Source of the DNA: Longivirga aurantiaca
GTDB taxonomy: Bacteria; Actinomycetota; Actinomycetes; S36-B12; CAIYMF01
Assembly (NCBI RefSeq): GCF_042660085.1
Contig: NZ_JBHSTI010000002.1
Location: 628,414-660,413 of the forward strand
Direction of reading: 5' to 3'
Length of the DNA: 32,000 nucleotides
Below the pieces are notes generated by a model. It searched no databases. It was not told the origin of the DNA and saw nothing but the letters and a program-made list of their open reading frames with translations. The translations under genes and the position numbers were made by a program. Of this stretch, positions 8,289 to 16,908 are shown one piece after another; position 1 is the first letter of the stretch, and each line of letters opens with the position of its first letter.

Positions 8289-8374
8289 ATCGTGTCAGGC
8301 GCCTCCGACAGTGCCGTCCCCCGAGAACCCTCTATCCACAGACGATCTCGGCTGATCGCCTATCGGGATCGGGG

Positions 8375-9142
8375 TCAGAGCGCGGCGGCGATGATGGTGG
8401 TGAGGCGCTCGTGCGCAGGGACCAGCGACGGGCCGTACCAGGTGAGGTCGCGGCCGCTCACGAGCAGCGTCGGCACGCGCGTGAACGCCTCGGGCCCGTC
8501 GTACGCCGTGAACACGTACGGCTCGTCGGGCAGCAGCACGAGGTCGAACCGCGAGGGGTCGTCGAGCGAGGCGACCTCGACGTGCGGATAGCGGCCCTCG
8601 TGCCCGGCGAGCACGTGGGTGAGGCCGAGCCGCGCGACGAGGTCGCCGGTGAAGGTGTCGCGGCCGACGGCCATCCACGGGTCGCGCCAGACCGCGACGC
8701 CCACGCGGCCGCGCAGCGCGCCGGGGCCGGCCCACAGGGCCTCCGCCTCGGGCAGCCAGCCGGGCACGTCCCACCCGAGCGCCGCAGTGAGCAGCCGACG
8801 CAGCGAGGAGAGCGAGTCGGGCACCGACTCGGTGCGCGTGACCCACACGGGCACGCCGCTCTCGCGCAGCCGGCGCACGTCGAGCTCGCGGTTCTCCTCC
8901 TGGTTGGCGATGACGAGGTCGGGCGCCAGCGACCTGATCGCGTCGAGGTCGGGGTTCTTGGTGCCGCGCACCCGGGCGACGTCGAGGTCGGCGGGGTGGG
9001 TGCACCAGTCGGTGGCCCCGACGACGGCCGAGCGGTCGACCGACACCAGCGACTCGGTGATCGACGGGACGAGCGAGACCACCTGGGCGGCGCGGACCGG
9101 CACGTCCACCGCATGCCCGAGGTCGTCGTTCGCCATCGGCAT
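8375..9142 (-). CDS. Helical-backbone metal receptor / BtuF-TroA-like periplasmic-binding-fold protein lacking a signal peptide
   Basis: VVSLVPSITESLVSV... DLDAIRSLAPDLVIANQEENR ... DLTWYGPS matches the cluster-A substrate-binding-protein (cobalamin/siderophore-binding) fold pattern. The N-terminus MPMANDDLGHAVDVPV has no hydrophobic signal or lipobox. Confidence 0.75.
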   Translation of the reverse strand: MPMANDDLGHAVDVPVRAAQVVSLVPSITESLVSVDRSAVVGATDWCTHPADLDVARVRGTKNPDLDAIRSLAPDLVIANQEENRELDVRRLRESGVPVWVTRTESVPDSLSSLRRLLTAALGWDVPGWLPEAEALWAGPGALRGRVGVAVWRDPWMAVGRDTFTGDLVARLGLTHVLAGHEGRYPHVEVASLDDPSRFDLVLLPDEPYVFTAYDGPEAFTRVPTLLVSGRDLTWYGPSLVPAHERLTTIIAAAL

Positions 9143-9148
9143 GTGGCG

Positions 9149-9154
9149 ACGGTA
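9149..9154 (-). promoter_or_regulatory. Candidate -10 (TACCGT) 6 nt upstream of ATG 9142; suggests a leaderless transcript
   Basis: The reverse complement of acggta is TACCGT (TAnnnT). The spacer CGCCAC is followed by ATG. No SD is present. Confidence 0.35.
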
Positions 9155-9160
9155 TAGCGT
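9155..9160 (+). promoter_or_regulatory. Candidate -10 (TAGCGT) for scoAB, back-to-back with the minus-strand -10, inside the palindrome GCGACG-gTATAg-CGTCGC (9146-9163)
   Basis: TAGCGT fits TAnnnT. It would give a leader of about 35 nt ending in AAGGAG (9191-9196), 5 nt before ATG 9202. Confidence 0.35.
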
Positions 9161-9201
9161 CGCGATCGGACCCGGCGACGAGGCCGGGCGAAGGAGTGGA
9201 C

Positions 9202-9969
9202 ATGGCGCTCGACAAGGTCGTCGGCTCGGCTGCCGACGCCGTCGCGGACATCCCGAGCGGTGCCTCGCTCGCGGTCGGTGGCTTCGGCCTCAACGGCATC
9301 CCGTCGGTGCTGATCGACGCGCTGCTGGCGCAGGGCGCGTCGGAGCTGCGGGTGGTGAGCAACAACTGCGGTGTGGACGAGTGGGGCCTGGGCGTGCTGC
9401 TGTTCGCGAAGCGGATCGCGCGGATGACGAGCTCGTACGTCGGTGAGAACAAGGAGTTCGAGCGGCAGTACCTGCACGGCGAGCTCGAGGTGGAGCTGAT
9501 CCCCCAGGGCACGCTCGCGGAGCGGCTGCGTGCGGGCGGTGCGGGGATCCCGGCGTTCTACACCCCCGCGGGCGTCGGGACTCAGGTCGCCGAGGGCGGG
9601 ATGCCGTGGCGGTACGCCGCCGACGGCAGCATCGCGTTGCCGAGCCCGGCGAAGGAGACGCGGGAGTTCGACGGCCGCGAGTACGTGCTCGAGCGCGGCA
9701 TCACCACCGACTTCGCCCTGGTGCGGGCGAGCGTGGGTGACCGGCACGGGAACCTGGTGTTCGACAAGGCGACCCGCAACTTCAACCCGCTCGCCGCGAC
9801 CGCGGGCCGGATCACGATCGCCGAGGTCGAGCGCCTGGTGGAGCCGGGCGAGATCGACCCGCAGCAGGTGCACCTGCCCGGCGTGTTCGTGCAGCGCGTC
9901 GTCGCACTGACCCCGGAGCAGGCCGCCGACAAGCGCATCGAGCGCCGCACCATCACCAAGGAGGCCTGA
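9202..9969 (+). CDS. scoA: 3-oxoacid (succinyl-CoA:3-ketoacid) CoA-transferase subunit A
   Basis: Motifs: GASLAVGGFGLNGIP, RVVSNNCGVDEWGLGVLL, SSYVGENKEFERQYLHGELEVELIPQGTLAERLRAGGAGIPAFYTP. AAGGAG RBS lies before ATG 9202. Confidence 0.92.
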   Translation: MALDKVVGSAADAVADIPSGASLAVGGFGLNGIPSVLIDALLAQGASELRVVSNNCGVDEWGLGVLLFAKRIARMTSSYVGENKEFERQYLHGELEVELIPQGTLAERLRAGGAGIPAFYTPAGVGTQVAEGGMPWRYAADGSIALPSPAKETREFDGREYVLERGITTDFALVRASVGDRHGNLVFDKATRNFNPLAATAGRITIAEVERLVEPGEIDPQQVHLPGVFVQRVVALTPEQAADKRIERRTITKEA

Positions 9970-9972
9970 GCC

Positions 9973-10617
9973 ATGGCGCTGACCCGTGACGAGCTCGCCG
10001 CGCGCGTGGCCCTCGAGCTCCAGGATGGCCAGTACGTGAACCTCGGCATCGGCCTGCCGACCCTCGTGCCCCAGCACCTGCCCGAGGGCGTGACCGTGGT
10101 GCTGCAGTCCGAGAACGGGATCCTCGGCACCGGTCCCTACCCCACCGACGACCAGGTTGACCCCGACCTGATCAACGCCGGCAAGGAGACCGTCACCGTC
10201 CTGCCCGGCGCCAGCTTCTTCGACTCGGCCACCAGCTTCGGCATGATCCGCGGCGGCCACATCGACGCCGCGATCCTGGGCGCCATGCAGGTGAGCACCG
10301 CCGGCGACATCGCGAACTGGATGATCCCCGGGAAGATGGTCAAGGGCATGGGCGGGGCGATGGACCTCGTCCACGGCGCCAAGCGGGTGATCGTGATGAT
10401 GGAGCACGTCGCCAAGGACGGCACCCACAAGATCGTCGACGAGTGCACCCTGCCGCTGACCGGCAAGGCTGTCGTCGACCGGATCATCACCGACCTCGCC
10501 GTCATCGACGTCACCCCCGACGGCCTCGTGCTCGTCGAGACCGCACCCGGCGTCACGGTCGACGACGTCCGCGCCGCCACCGGCCCGGCCCTCGCCCTGG
10601 CGCCCGCGCTTGCCTGA
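9973..10617 (+). CDS. scoB: 3-oxoacid CoA-transferase subunit B
   Basis: [12 protein letters not shown] and the catalytic-glutamate motif LQSENGILG, followed by [19 protein letters not shown]. The gene starts 3 nt after the scoA stop. Confidence 0.92.
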   Translation: MALTRDELAARVALELQDGQYVNLGIGLPTLVPQHLPEGVTVVLQSENGILGTGPYPTDDQVDPDLINAGKETVTVLPGASFFDSATSFGMIRGGHIDAAILGAMQVSTAGDIANWMIPGKMVKGMGGAMDLVHGAKRVIVMMEHVAKDGTHKIVDECTLPLTGKAVVDRIITDLAVIDVTPDGLVLVETAPGVTVDDVRAATGPALALAPALA

Positions 10618-11266
10618 GACCACGGGCGACCCGTTCCTGCTCCTGGAGGTGCTCGGGACCATCGCCTTCGCCGTCTCCGGCGGCGCCGTCGCCGTCCGTG
10701 CAGGTATGGACTGGCTCGGCGTGATGGTGCTCGCCGTCGTGACGGCCGTCGGCGGCGGTACCGTCCGCGACCTCCTGCTCGGCATCACGCCCGTCAGCTG
10801 GATCGAGAGCCCGTGGCCGATCGCGGTCGCGCTGGCCGCCGGGGTGCTCGTCATCGCCCTCGGGCACCGCGTGCCGCACCTCGCCCTCGACTCCCGCAGC
10901 GCGGTGCTCGTGGCCGACGCCGCGGGCCTCGCGGCGTTCACGGTCACGGGCACCTTCGTCGCGCTGGCGGCAGGGGTCTCGGGCTGGATCGCGGTGGTGC
11001 TCGGCGTGGTCACCGGCGCCGGCGGAGGCGTGATCCGCGACGTGCTCGCGCGGCAGCGGCCGCTCATCCTCGTCGGCCAGATCTACGCGCTCGCCGCGCT
11101 GCTCGGCGCCGCGGTCGTCGTCGGTCTCGACGCCGCGGGCGCGGGCGAGGGCCTCACCCGCTGGCTCGCGGTGGCGGTCGTGCTCCTGGTGCGGCTCGCC
11201 GCGATCCGCTGGCAGTGGACGCTGCCGAGCTTCGAGCCGCAGGACGGCCAGCCCCGGGACGAGTAG
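10610..11266 (+). CDS. Trimeric intracellular cation channel (TRIC / UPF0126, YadS-YicG) family membrane protein
   Basis: Two internal repeats each carry the glycine-rich motif ([13 protein letters not shown] and [12 protein letters not shown]) within seven hydrophobic segments. TTG 10610 overlaps the scoB stop by 8 nt. GTG 10646 is an alternative start. Confidence 0.8.
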   Translation: MPETTGDPFLLLEVLGTIAFAVSGGAVAVRAGMDWLGVMVLAVVTAVGGGTVRDLLLGITPVSWIESPWPIAVALAAGVLVIALGHRVPHLALDSRSAVLVADAAGLAAFTVTGTFVALAAGVSGWIAVVLGVVTGAGGGVIRDVLARQRPLILVGQIYALAALLGAAVVVGLDAAGAGEGLTRWLAVAVVLLVRLAAIRWQWTLPSFEPQDGQPRDE

Positions 11267-11272
11267 CGGCCC

Positions 11273-12628
11273 TCAGCGCACGAACAGGTGCGCCGCGAGG
11301 TCGCGCGGCGGGCGCTCCGCCGGGGCGTCGGCCGGATGCCCTACGGCCACACCGCCGAGCGGCTGCCACGACGCCGGCAGGTCGAGCACCTCGTGGACGA
11401 CCTCGGGGCAGAACATCGTCGAGCTGATCCACGCCGATCCGAGGCCCTCGGCTGCGAGGGCGACGAGGAGGTTCTCCACGGCAGCGCCGCCGGCGACCAG
11501 GAAGAGGTCGCGCTCGAAGCCGTTGCGCCGATCGTCGGGATAGGTGTGCACGGCGCCGTCGAGGTCGCTGAACGGCAGCACCACCACCGGTGCGTCGCGC
11601 AGCACGTCGCCGCGGCGCAGCCGCTTCGTCACCGAGGCGTCGTCGTACGAGTCGAGCGCGCGCAGGTCGCCCTCCCACCGCGCCGCCATCGCGTCGAAGA
11701 GGCGCGTGCGCAGCGCGGGGTCGCGCAGCACGACGTACCGCCACGGGGCCGTGTGGTGCGGGCTCGGTGCGGTGACCGCTGCCGCCACCGCGCGCTCGAC
11801 CGCGCCGGGGTCGACGAGCTCGTCGGTGAAGCGCCGCACCGTACGACGAGCGGCAGCGGCGGTACGACGGCCCTCCGCCACCGCCTCGGCGGTGCCGAGC
11901 CGGAACATGTCGTCGGCCGCCCGCCGCACCAGCACCTGGGCGCCCGGCCCGTCCTCGGCCCCGACGTACGCCGACAGCCCGCGCACCACGGCCACCGGTG
12001 CCCCGGAGAGCTTGCCCTTCACGAGGTCCGCGGCGGCGGCCACCTCGTCGGCGATCGAGGTCACCGTCATCTCGAGCGCGTGGCCGTGCGCGTCGACGCG
12101 TCCGCGGAAGTCGTCGAGCGGCGCGATGCCCGCGGCACCGATGGCGGAGTCGGTGAGGCCCTCGCGCCACGGCCGGCCCATCGTGTCGGTGACGACGACA
12201 CCCACGATCACGCCATGGTCGCGCTGCCACGCGGCCCGCAGCGCGCGGGCCGACGCGTCGGGGTCGACGGGCAGGAGCACCACGGTGCCGGCGGGGGTGT
12301 TGGACGCGTCGACCCCGGCCGCAGCCATGACGAAGCCGTGCGCGGTCTCCACGATCCGCGTGACTCCTCGAGGGGTCTGCCGCGTCGCCACCACGCGGAC
12401 GGTCTCGGCCGTGATGGCGTCCTCGCGGTCGTCGGCGGCCACCACGCGGCCCTCGGCCTTGCTCACGACCTTGCTCGTCACGACGAGCACGTCGCCGTCG
12501 CGCAGGCCCGTCGAGCTGTCGGGCCAGGCCACCGCGCCGAGCAGAGGGGAGGCGAGCGCCGCGAGGTCGGCGCCGGGCGCGATCTCGGGCAGCCCCTCGA
12601 CCGCCACCACCATCAGCGGCTCGGTCAC
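11273..12628 (-). CDS. fbiB: Bifunctional F420 gamma-glutamyl ligase / dehydro-F420-0 reductase (CofE domain plus nitroreductase-like domain)
   Basis: CofE-like N-terminal half: [50 protein letters not shown]. Nitroreductase-like C-terminal half: [45 protein letters not shown] 12628 forms a GTGA overlap with the fbiA stop. The 88 extra upstream codons in the ORF track overlap fbiA and are rejected. Confidence 0.88.
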   Translation of the reverse strand: MTEPLMVVAVEGLPEIAPGADLAALASPLLGAVAWPDSSTGLRDGDVLVVTSKVVSKAEGRVVAADDREDAITAETVRVVATRQTPRGVTRIVETAHGFVMAAAGVDASNTPAGTVVLLPVDPDASARALRAAWQRDHGVIVGVVVTDTMGRPWREGLTDSAIGAAGIAPLDDFRGRVDAHGHALEMTVTSIADEVAAAADLVKGKLSGAPVAVVRGLSAYVGAEDGPGAQVLVRRAADDMFRLGTAEAVAEGRRTAAAARRTVRRFTDELVDPGAVERAVAAAVTAPSPHHTAPWRYVVLRDPALRTRLFDAMAARWEGDLRALDSYDDASVTKRLRRGDVLRDAPVVVLPFSDLDGAVHTYPDDRRNGFERDLFLVAGGAAVENLLVALAAEGLGSAWISSTMFCPEVVHEVLDLPASWQPLGGVAVGHPADAPAERPPRDLAAHLFVR

Positions 12629-13638
12629 CGTCGGAGGTCCTCGGCGAGCGCGAGGGCTGCCGCGCAGATCGCGGCGGTGGCCACGACGTCGGTCATCATC
12701 AGCGGCACCGCACGCGAGGCGATGCCCGTCGAGGCCAGCCTCCCCGGGACGTCGGAGTCGGTGGCGTCGTCGACGAGCCAGCCGTCGAGGATGCCGCCGC
12801 CGTCGGCACCCACGGGCACGGCCGCGACCCGCGGGCCGTAGTGGCGGGCCACGGCCTCGGCCGTGGTGTCGACACCTATGGCCGAGAGGCACGCGTCGGC
12901 CATGCCGCGCACGGGGGCGCCGCCGACGATCGGGGAGACCCCGACCACGGGTGCCGCGGTCGCGCGCAGTGCGTCGCGCACGCCGGCGACCTGAAGGATC
13001 GTGCCCACCGAGACGACGGGGTTCGAGGGCGGCAGCAGCACCACATCAGCGCCCGAGATCGCTTCCAGCACACCGGGTCCCGGCTTCGCGACGTCGACGC
13101 CTACCAGCGGGAACGCGAGCGCGGGGAGCGACGCGCGGTGCCGCACCCACCACTCCTGGAAGTGCAGCGCCCTGCGCGTGCCGGGCTCGTCGCCGTCGAC
13201 GACGACGTGCGTCTCGAGCCGGTCGTCCGACATCGGCAGCAGCGTCACGCCCGGCTGCCAGCGCGCGCACAGCGCCTCGGTGACGGCCGACAGCGGGTAG
13301 CCCGCACCCAGCATCTGGGTGCGCACGATGTGGGTCGCGAGGTCGCGGTCGCCGAGGCCGAACCAGGTCGGCTCGACGCCGTACTTGCCGAGCTCGCCCA
13401 TGACCGTGAACGTCTCGTCCTCGCGGCCCCAGCCGCGCTCCTCGCTGATGCCGCCGCCGAGCGTGTACATGATCGAGTCGAGGTCGGGGCAGAGCTGCAG
13501 GCCGAACATCCGGATGTCGTCGCCGGTGTTCACGACCACGGTGATGTCGGCGTCGAGGCCGGACGTCGCGACGTGGTGGAGGAGGCCGCGGGTGAACCGG
13601 GCGCCGCCGATGCCGCCGGCGAGGAGGGTGATGCGCAC
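12625..13638 (-). CDS. fbiA: 2-phospho-L-lactate / enolpyruvoyl transferase of F420 biosynthesis (CofD)
   Basis: [61 protein letters not shown] 13638 is preceded by GAGGA 7 nt upstream on the minus strand. Confidence 0.9.
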   Translation of the reverse strand: MRITLLAGGIGGARFTRGLLHHVATSGLDADITVVVNTGDDIRMFGLQLCPDLDSIMYTLGGGISEERGWGREDETFTVMGELGKYGVEPTWFGLGDRDLATHIVRTQMLGAGYPLSAVTEALCARWQPGVTLLPMSDDRLETHVVVDGDEPGTRRALHFQEWWVRHRASLPALAFPLVGVDVAKPGPGVLEAISGADVVLLPPSNPVVSVGTILQVAGVRDALRATAAPVVGVSPIVGGAPVRGMADACLSAIGVDTTAEAVARHYGPRVAAVPVGADGGGILDGWLVDDATDSDVPGRLASTGIASRAVPLMMTDVVATAAICAAALALAEDLRR

Positions 13639-13696
13639 GGGGCGATCCTCGCACCCGCGAGACCGAGGCACACCGGGCGGCGTGCGCCCGCCGACG

Positions 13697-13702
13697 TAGA
13701 GT
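13697..13702 (+). promoter_or_regulatory. Candidate -10 (TAGAGT) 7 nt upstream of the fbiC GTG; suggests a leaderless transcript
   Basis: TAGAGT (TAnnnT), then CACCGCC, then GTG 13710. No SD is present. Confidence 0.4.
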
Positions 13703-13709
13703 CACCGCC

Positions 13710-16340
13710 GTGGACCACCTTCGTACGGCGACCGCGCGCGAGACCGAGCGCGCGCTGGGTCGTGCCGCGCGCGGGGTGGCCCTGGACGTCGACGAGGCGT
13801 CGGCGCTGATGCAGGCGCAGGGCGAGCACCTCGAGCGGCTGCTCGACCTCGCCGGAGCGGTGCGCGACCGGGGCCTGGAGAGCGCGGGCCGCCCGGGCGT
13901 CGTCACCTACAGCCGCAAGGTGTTCATCCCGCTGACGCGGCTGTGCCGTGACCGGTGCCACTACTGCACCTTCGCGACCGACCCTGCGTCGCTGCGCCGC
14001 GACGGGCACGGCATGTTCCTGAGCCCCGACGAGGTGCTCGAGATCGCCCGCGCCGGAGCGGCCCTCGGCTGCAAGGAGGCGCTGTTCACCCTCGGCGACC
14101 GGCCCGAGGAGCGCTGGCCCGCGGCCCGCGAGTGGCTCGACGCGCACGGCTACGACGACACGCTCTCCTACGTCCGCGCGATGGCGGTGCGGGTGCTCGA
14201 GGAGACCGGCCTGCTGCCGCACCTGAACCCGGGCGTGATGTCGTGGGAGGAGATCGGCCGGCTCAAGCCCGTCGCTCCGTCGATGGGCATGATGCTCGAG
14301 ACGTCGGCGACGCGGCTGTGGTCCGAGCCCGGCGGCCCGCACTTCGGCAGCCCCGACAAGGAGCCCGCGCTGCGGCTGCGGGTGATCGAGGACGCCGGCC
14401 GGCACGCGGTGCCGTTCACCACCGGGATCCTGGTCGGCATCGGCGAGACCTACCTCGAGCGCGCGCAGTCGGTGCTCGACCTGCGCCGGGTGGCGCGCGA
14501 GCACGGCCACGTGCAGGAGGTCATCGTCCAGAACTTCCGCGCCAAGCCCGACACCGCGCTGCGGCACCGCGACGACCTCGGCCTGACCGAGTACCTCGCG
14601 GCCATCGCCACGACCCGTCTGCTGCTCGGCCCGCGGATGCGGATCCAGGCGCCGCCGAACCTCACCGATGCCGCCGAGTTCGCGCTGCTCCTGCGGGCGG
14701 GCGTCGACGACTGGGGCGGCGTCTCGCCGCTCACCCCGGACCACGTGAATCCCGAGCGCCCCTGGCCGCACCTCGACGAGCTCGCCCGCCTGACGGCGGA
14801 GGCGGGGTTCGTCCTGCGCGAGCGCCTCACCGTCCACCCGGAATACGTCCAGCGCCCCGACCCGTGGCTCGACCCGCGTGTCCGCCCGCACGTGCGGGCG
14901 CTCGCCGACGACGTCGGCCTCGGCGTGGAAGGCCTTGAGCCGCACGGCATCCCGTGGCAGGACCCGGACCAGTCCTACGCCGGTTTCGCCGCCGCGCACT
15001 CCGGCGGCCGCACCGACCTCAACGACACCGTCGACACGGAGGGCCGCACCGGCGACCGGCGCAGCGACTTCGACGAGGTGTACGGCGACTGGTCGCAGGT
15101 CGACGAGCACGCCCGCGACATCGCCCGCCGCGACGCCGAGGCCGGGCTCGGCGCCGTCGAGCGGCTCGACGCCGACGTCCGCGCCGGCCTGGCGCTCGCC
15201 GCGGACGACCCCGCGGCCCTCGCGCACCCCGACAACACCGCCCTCGCCGTCGCCCTGATGTCCTGCGACGGCGCGGGCCTCGACGCGCTCGCACGGATCG
15301 CGGACGACGTCCGCTGCGACACCGTCGGCGACGACGTCACCTACGTGGTCACGCGGAACATCAACTTCACCAACGTCTGCTACACCGGCTGCCGGTTCTG
15401 CGCGTTCGCCCAGCGCCGCACCGACGCCGACGCGTTCACGCTCTCCCTCGACGAGGTCGGGCAGCGCGTCGCCGACGCGTGGGACGTGGGCGCCACCGAG
15501 ATCTGCATGCAGGGCGGCATCCACCCCGACCTGCCGGGCACGGCGTACTTCGACCTCGCCCGCGCCGTGAAGAAGCACGCCCCCGAGATCCACCTGCACG
15601 CGTTCTCGCCGATGGAGGTCGTCAACGGGGCGACCCGATCCGGGATGTCCGTGCGGGAGTGGCTGATCGAGGCCAAGGCCGCGGGCCTGGACTCCATCCC
15701 CGGAACCGCCGCGGAGATCCTCGACGACGACGTCCGCTGGGTGCTCACCAAGGGCAAGCTCCCCACTGCCGCGTGGCTCGACGTCGTCACCACCGCGCAC
15801 GAGGTCGGACTGCCGTCGACGTCGACGATGATGTACGGCCACGTCGACAACCCGTCGCACTGGGTCGGGCACCTCGCGCTCCTGCGCGAGACGCAGGAGC
15901 GCAGCGGCGGCTTCACCGAGTTCGTGGCGCTGCCGTTCATCCACCACAACGCGCCCGTCTACCTCGCGGGCGTGGCCCGCCCCGGGTCGACGGCGCGCGA
16001 CGACCGCGCCGTGCACGCCATGGCCCGCCTCATGCTCCACGGAGCCATCGACCACATCCAGTGCTCCTGGGTGAAGCTCGGCGCCGAAGGTGTCGTCACC
16101 GTCCTTCAGGGCGGCTGCGACGATGTCGGCGGCACGCTCATGGAGGAGACCATCAGCCGCATGGCGGGCTCCGAGCACGGCTCGCGCAAGAGCGTCGAGG
16201 AGCTCGAGGCCCTCGCCCACGCCGCCGGACGCCCCGCCCGCCAGCGCACCACGACGTACGGCGAGGTCACCCCCGAGCGACGCGCGGCAGCGCTCACCAC
16301 CCACGCGCTGCTGCCGCTCCTGCCGTCCGCTCGGGCCTGA
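13710..16340 (+). CDS. fbiC: FO (7,8-didemethyl-8-hydroxy-5-deazariboflavin) synthase, fused CofG/CofH radical-SAM enzyme
   Basis: Two radical-SAM cysteine triads are present: [10 protein letters not shown] in the N-terminal half and [10 protein letters not shown] in the C-terminal half. At 876 aa the length is typical of actinobacterial FbiC. Confidence 0.93.
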   Translation: MDHLRTATARETERALGRAARGVALDVDEASALMQAQGEHLERLLDLAGAVRDRGLESAGRPGVVTYSRKVFIPLTRLCRDRCHYCTFATDPASLRRDGHGMFLSPDEVLEIARAGAALGCKEALFTLGDRPEERWPAAREWLDAHGYDDTLSYVRAMAVRVLEETGLLPHLNPGVMSWEEIGRLKPVAPSMGMMLETSATRLWSEPGGPHFGSPDKEPALRLRVIEDAGRHAVPFTTGILVGIGETYLERAQSVLDLRRVAREHGHVQEVIVQNFRAKPDTALRHRDDLGLTEYLAAIATTRLLLGPRMRIQAPPNLTDAAEFALLLRAGVDDWGGVSPLTPDHVNPERPWPHLDELARLTAEAGFVLRERLTVHPEYVQRPDPWLDPRVRPHVRALADDVGLGVEGLEPHGIPWQDPDQSYAGFAAAHSGGRTDLNDTVDTEGRTGDRRSDFDEVYGDWSQVDEHARDIARRDAEAGLGAVERLDADVRAGLALAADDPAALAHPDNTALAVALMSCDGAGLDALARIADDVRCDTVGDDVTYVVTRNINFTNVCYTGCRFCAFAQRRTDADAFTLSLDEVGQRVADAWDVGATEICMQGGIHPDLPGTAYFDLARAVKKHAPEIHLHAFSPMEVVNGATRSGMSVREWLIEAKAAGLDSIPGTAAEILDDDVRWVLTKGKLPTAAWLDVVTTAHEVGLPSTSTMMYGHVDNPSHWVGHLALLRETQERSGGFTEFVALPFIHHNAPVYLAGVARPGSTARDDRAVHAMARLMLHGAIDHIQCSWVKLGAEGVVTVLQGGCDDVGGTLMEETISRMAGSEHGSRKSVEELEALAHAAGRPARQRTTTYGEVTPERRAAALTTHALLPLLPSARA

Positions 16341-16347
16341 CCGCGCC

Positions 16348-16390
16348 CACGCCCGGGCCTCCTCCTGGCCCACCCCCGCGCCCGGGCGTG
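16348..16390 (+). terminator. Candidate intrinsic terminator of fbiC (11-bp GC stem, 21-nt loop, weak TT tail)
   Basis: CACGCCCGGGC (16348-16358) is the perfect complement of GCCCGGGCGTG (16380-16390). The hairpin begins 8 nt after the TGA at 16338-16340. Confidence 0.45.
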
Positions 16391-16457
16391 TTGCCCCGGA
16401 GGCGTTCGCAGCGGCTCACGTGCGCGTCAGCCGTTCGGCCGGAATGCTGCTCCGGGG

Positions 16458-16487
16458 TTGACTCGCGGACACTTACATCGGTGTAAT
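16458..16487 (+). promoter_or_regulatory. Candidate whiB2 promoter: TTGACT - 18 nt - TGTAAT, overlapping the inverted repeat TTAC-N6-GTAA (16473-16486)
   Basis: Hexamers read directly: TTGACT at 16458-16463 and TGTAAT at 16482-16487. This is the most AT-rich spot of the 240-bp intergenic region. G at -10 position 2 is non-ideal. Confidence 0.35.
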
Positions 16488-16580
16488 TCCCCCCAACGTC
16501 GGCGCGCGAGCAGCTGGACGTGGGGAATCCGGCACTGTGCGTCGCGAAGCGCACAGGGCCACGGTCGAGGAGGTTTACCG

Positions 16581-16844
16581 GTGAGCAGCAGCAATGCCAC
16601 CGTCCTGCCGCTGACCGACGCCGAGGAGCTCGGCTGGCAGGAGCGGGCGCTCTGCGCACAGACCGACCCTGAGGCCTTCTTCCCGGAGAAGGGCGGCTCC
16701 ACCCGCGAGGCCAAGCGCGTCTGCACGACCTGCGAGGTGCGGGTCGAGTGCCTCGAGTACGCCCTCGACCACGACGAGCGCTTCGGCATCTGGGGCGGCC
16801 TCTCCGAGCGGGAGCGCCGTCGCCTGAAGAAGCAGGCCGTCTAG
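16581..16844 (+). CDS. whiB2: WhiB-family redox-sensing transcription factor, WhiB2/WhmD/WhiB orthologue type
   Basis: WQERALCAQTDPEAFFPEKGGSTREAKRVCTTCEVRVECLEYALDHDERFGIWGGLSERERRRLKK contains four Fe-S cysteines, the GIWGG turn and a basic tail. GAGGAGG at 16567-16573 lies 7 nt before GTG 16581. The upstream 41 codons of the track ORF are rejected. Confidence 0.93.
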   Translation: MSSSNATVLPLTDAEELGWQERALCAQTDPEAFFPEKGGSTREAKRVCTTCEVRVECLEYALDHDERFGIWGGLSERERRRLKKQAV

Positions 16845-16849
16845 CCGCA

Positions 16850-16874
16850 CCGGTCGCGCCCGAGGGCCGACCGG
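16850..16874 (+). terminator. Candidate hairpin after whiB2
   Basis: CCGGTCG (16850-16856) pairs with CGACCGG (16868-16874) across an 11-nt loop. It starts 6 nt after the TAG stop. There is no U tract. Confidence 0.35.
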
Positions 16875-16893
16875 AGCACCCATCCACGTCGCG

Positions 16894-16899
16894 TAGGGT
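16894..16899 (+). promoter_or_regulatory. Candidate -10 (TAGGGT) 9 nt upstream of ATG 16909; transcript with a very short or no leader
   Basis: TAGGGT (TAnnnT), then CGTCGAGCC, then ATG. No SD is present. Confidence 0.35.
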
Positions 16900-16908
16900 C
16901 GTCGAGCC

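Noticed and set aside
6564-8349. 8-bp inverted repeat GAGATCGT (6564-6571) / ACGATCTC (8342-8349) flanking the HNH islet, considered as possible terminal inverted repeats
   Set aside because: - Only the 8-bp core matches and the flanking bases do not extend the repeat.
- A match of this size between two ~80-bp flanks is expected by chance at an appreciable rate.
- No transposase is present.
8458-11067. 869-aa minus ORF spanning the BtuF-like, scoA, scoB and TRIC loci
   Set aside because: - It is antisense or out of frame to four genes with strong motifs.
- Its composition is low-complexity.
- It is rejected as a shadow ORF.
12629-12892. Upstream extension of fbiB (track ORF 11273..12892)
   Set aside because: - It would overlap the 3-prime end of fbiA by 268 nt in another frame.
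- GTG 12628 gives the classic GTGA stop/start coupling and an FbiB-like length.
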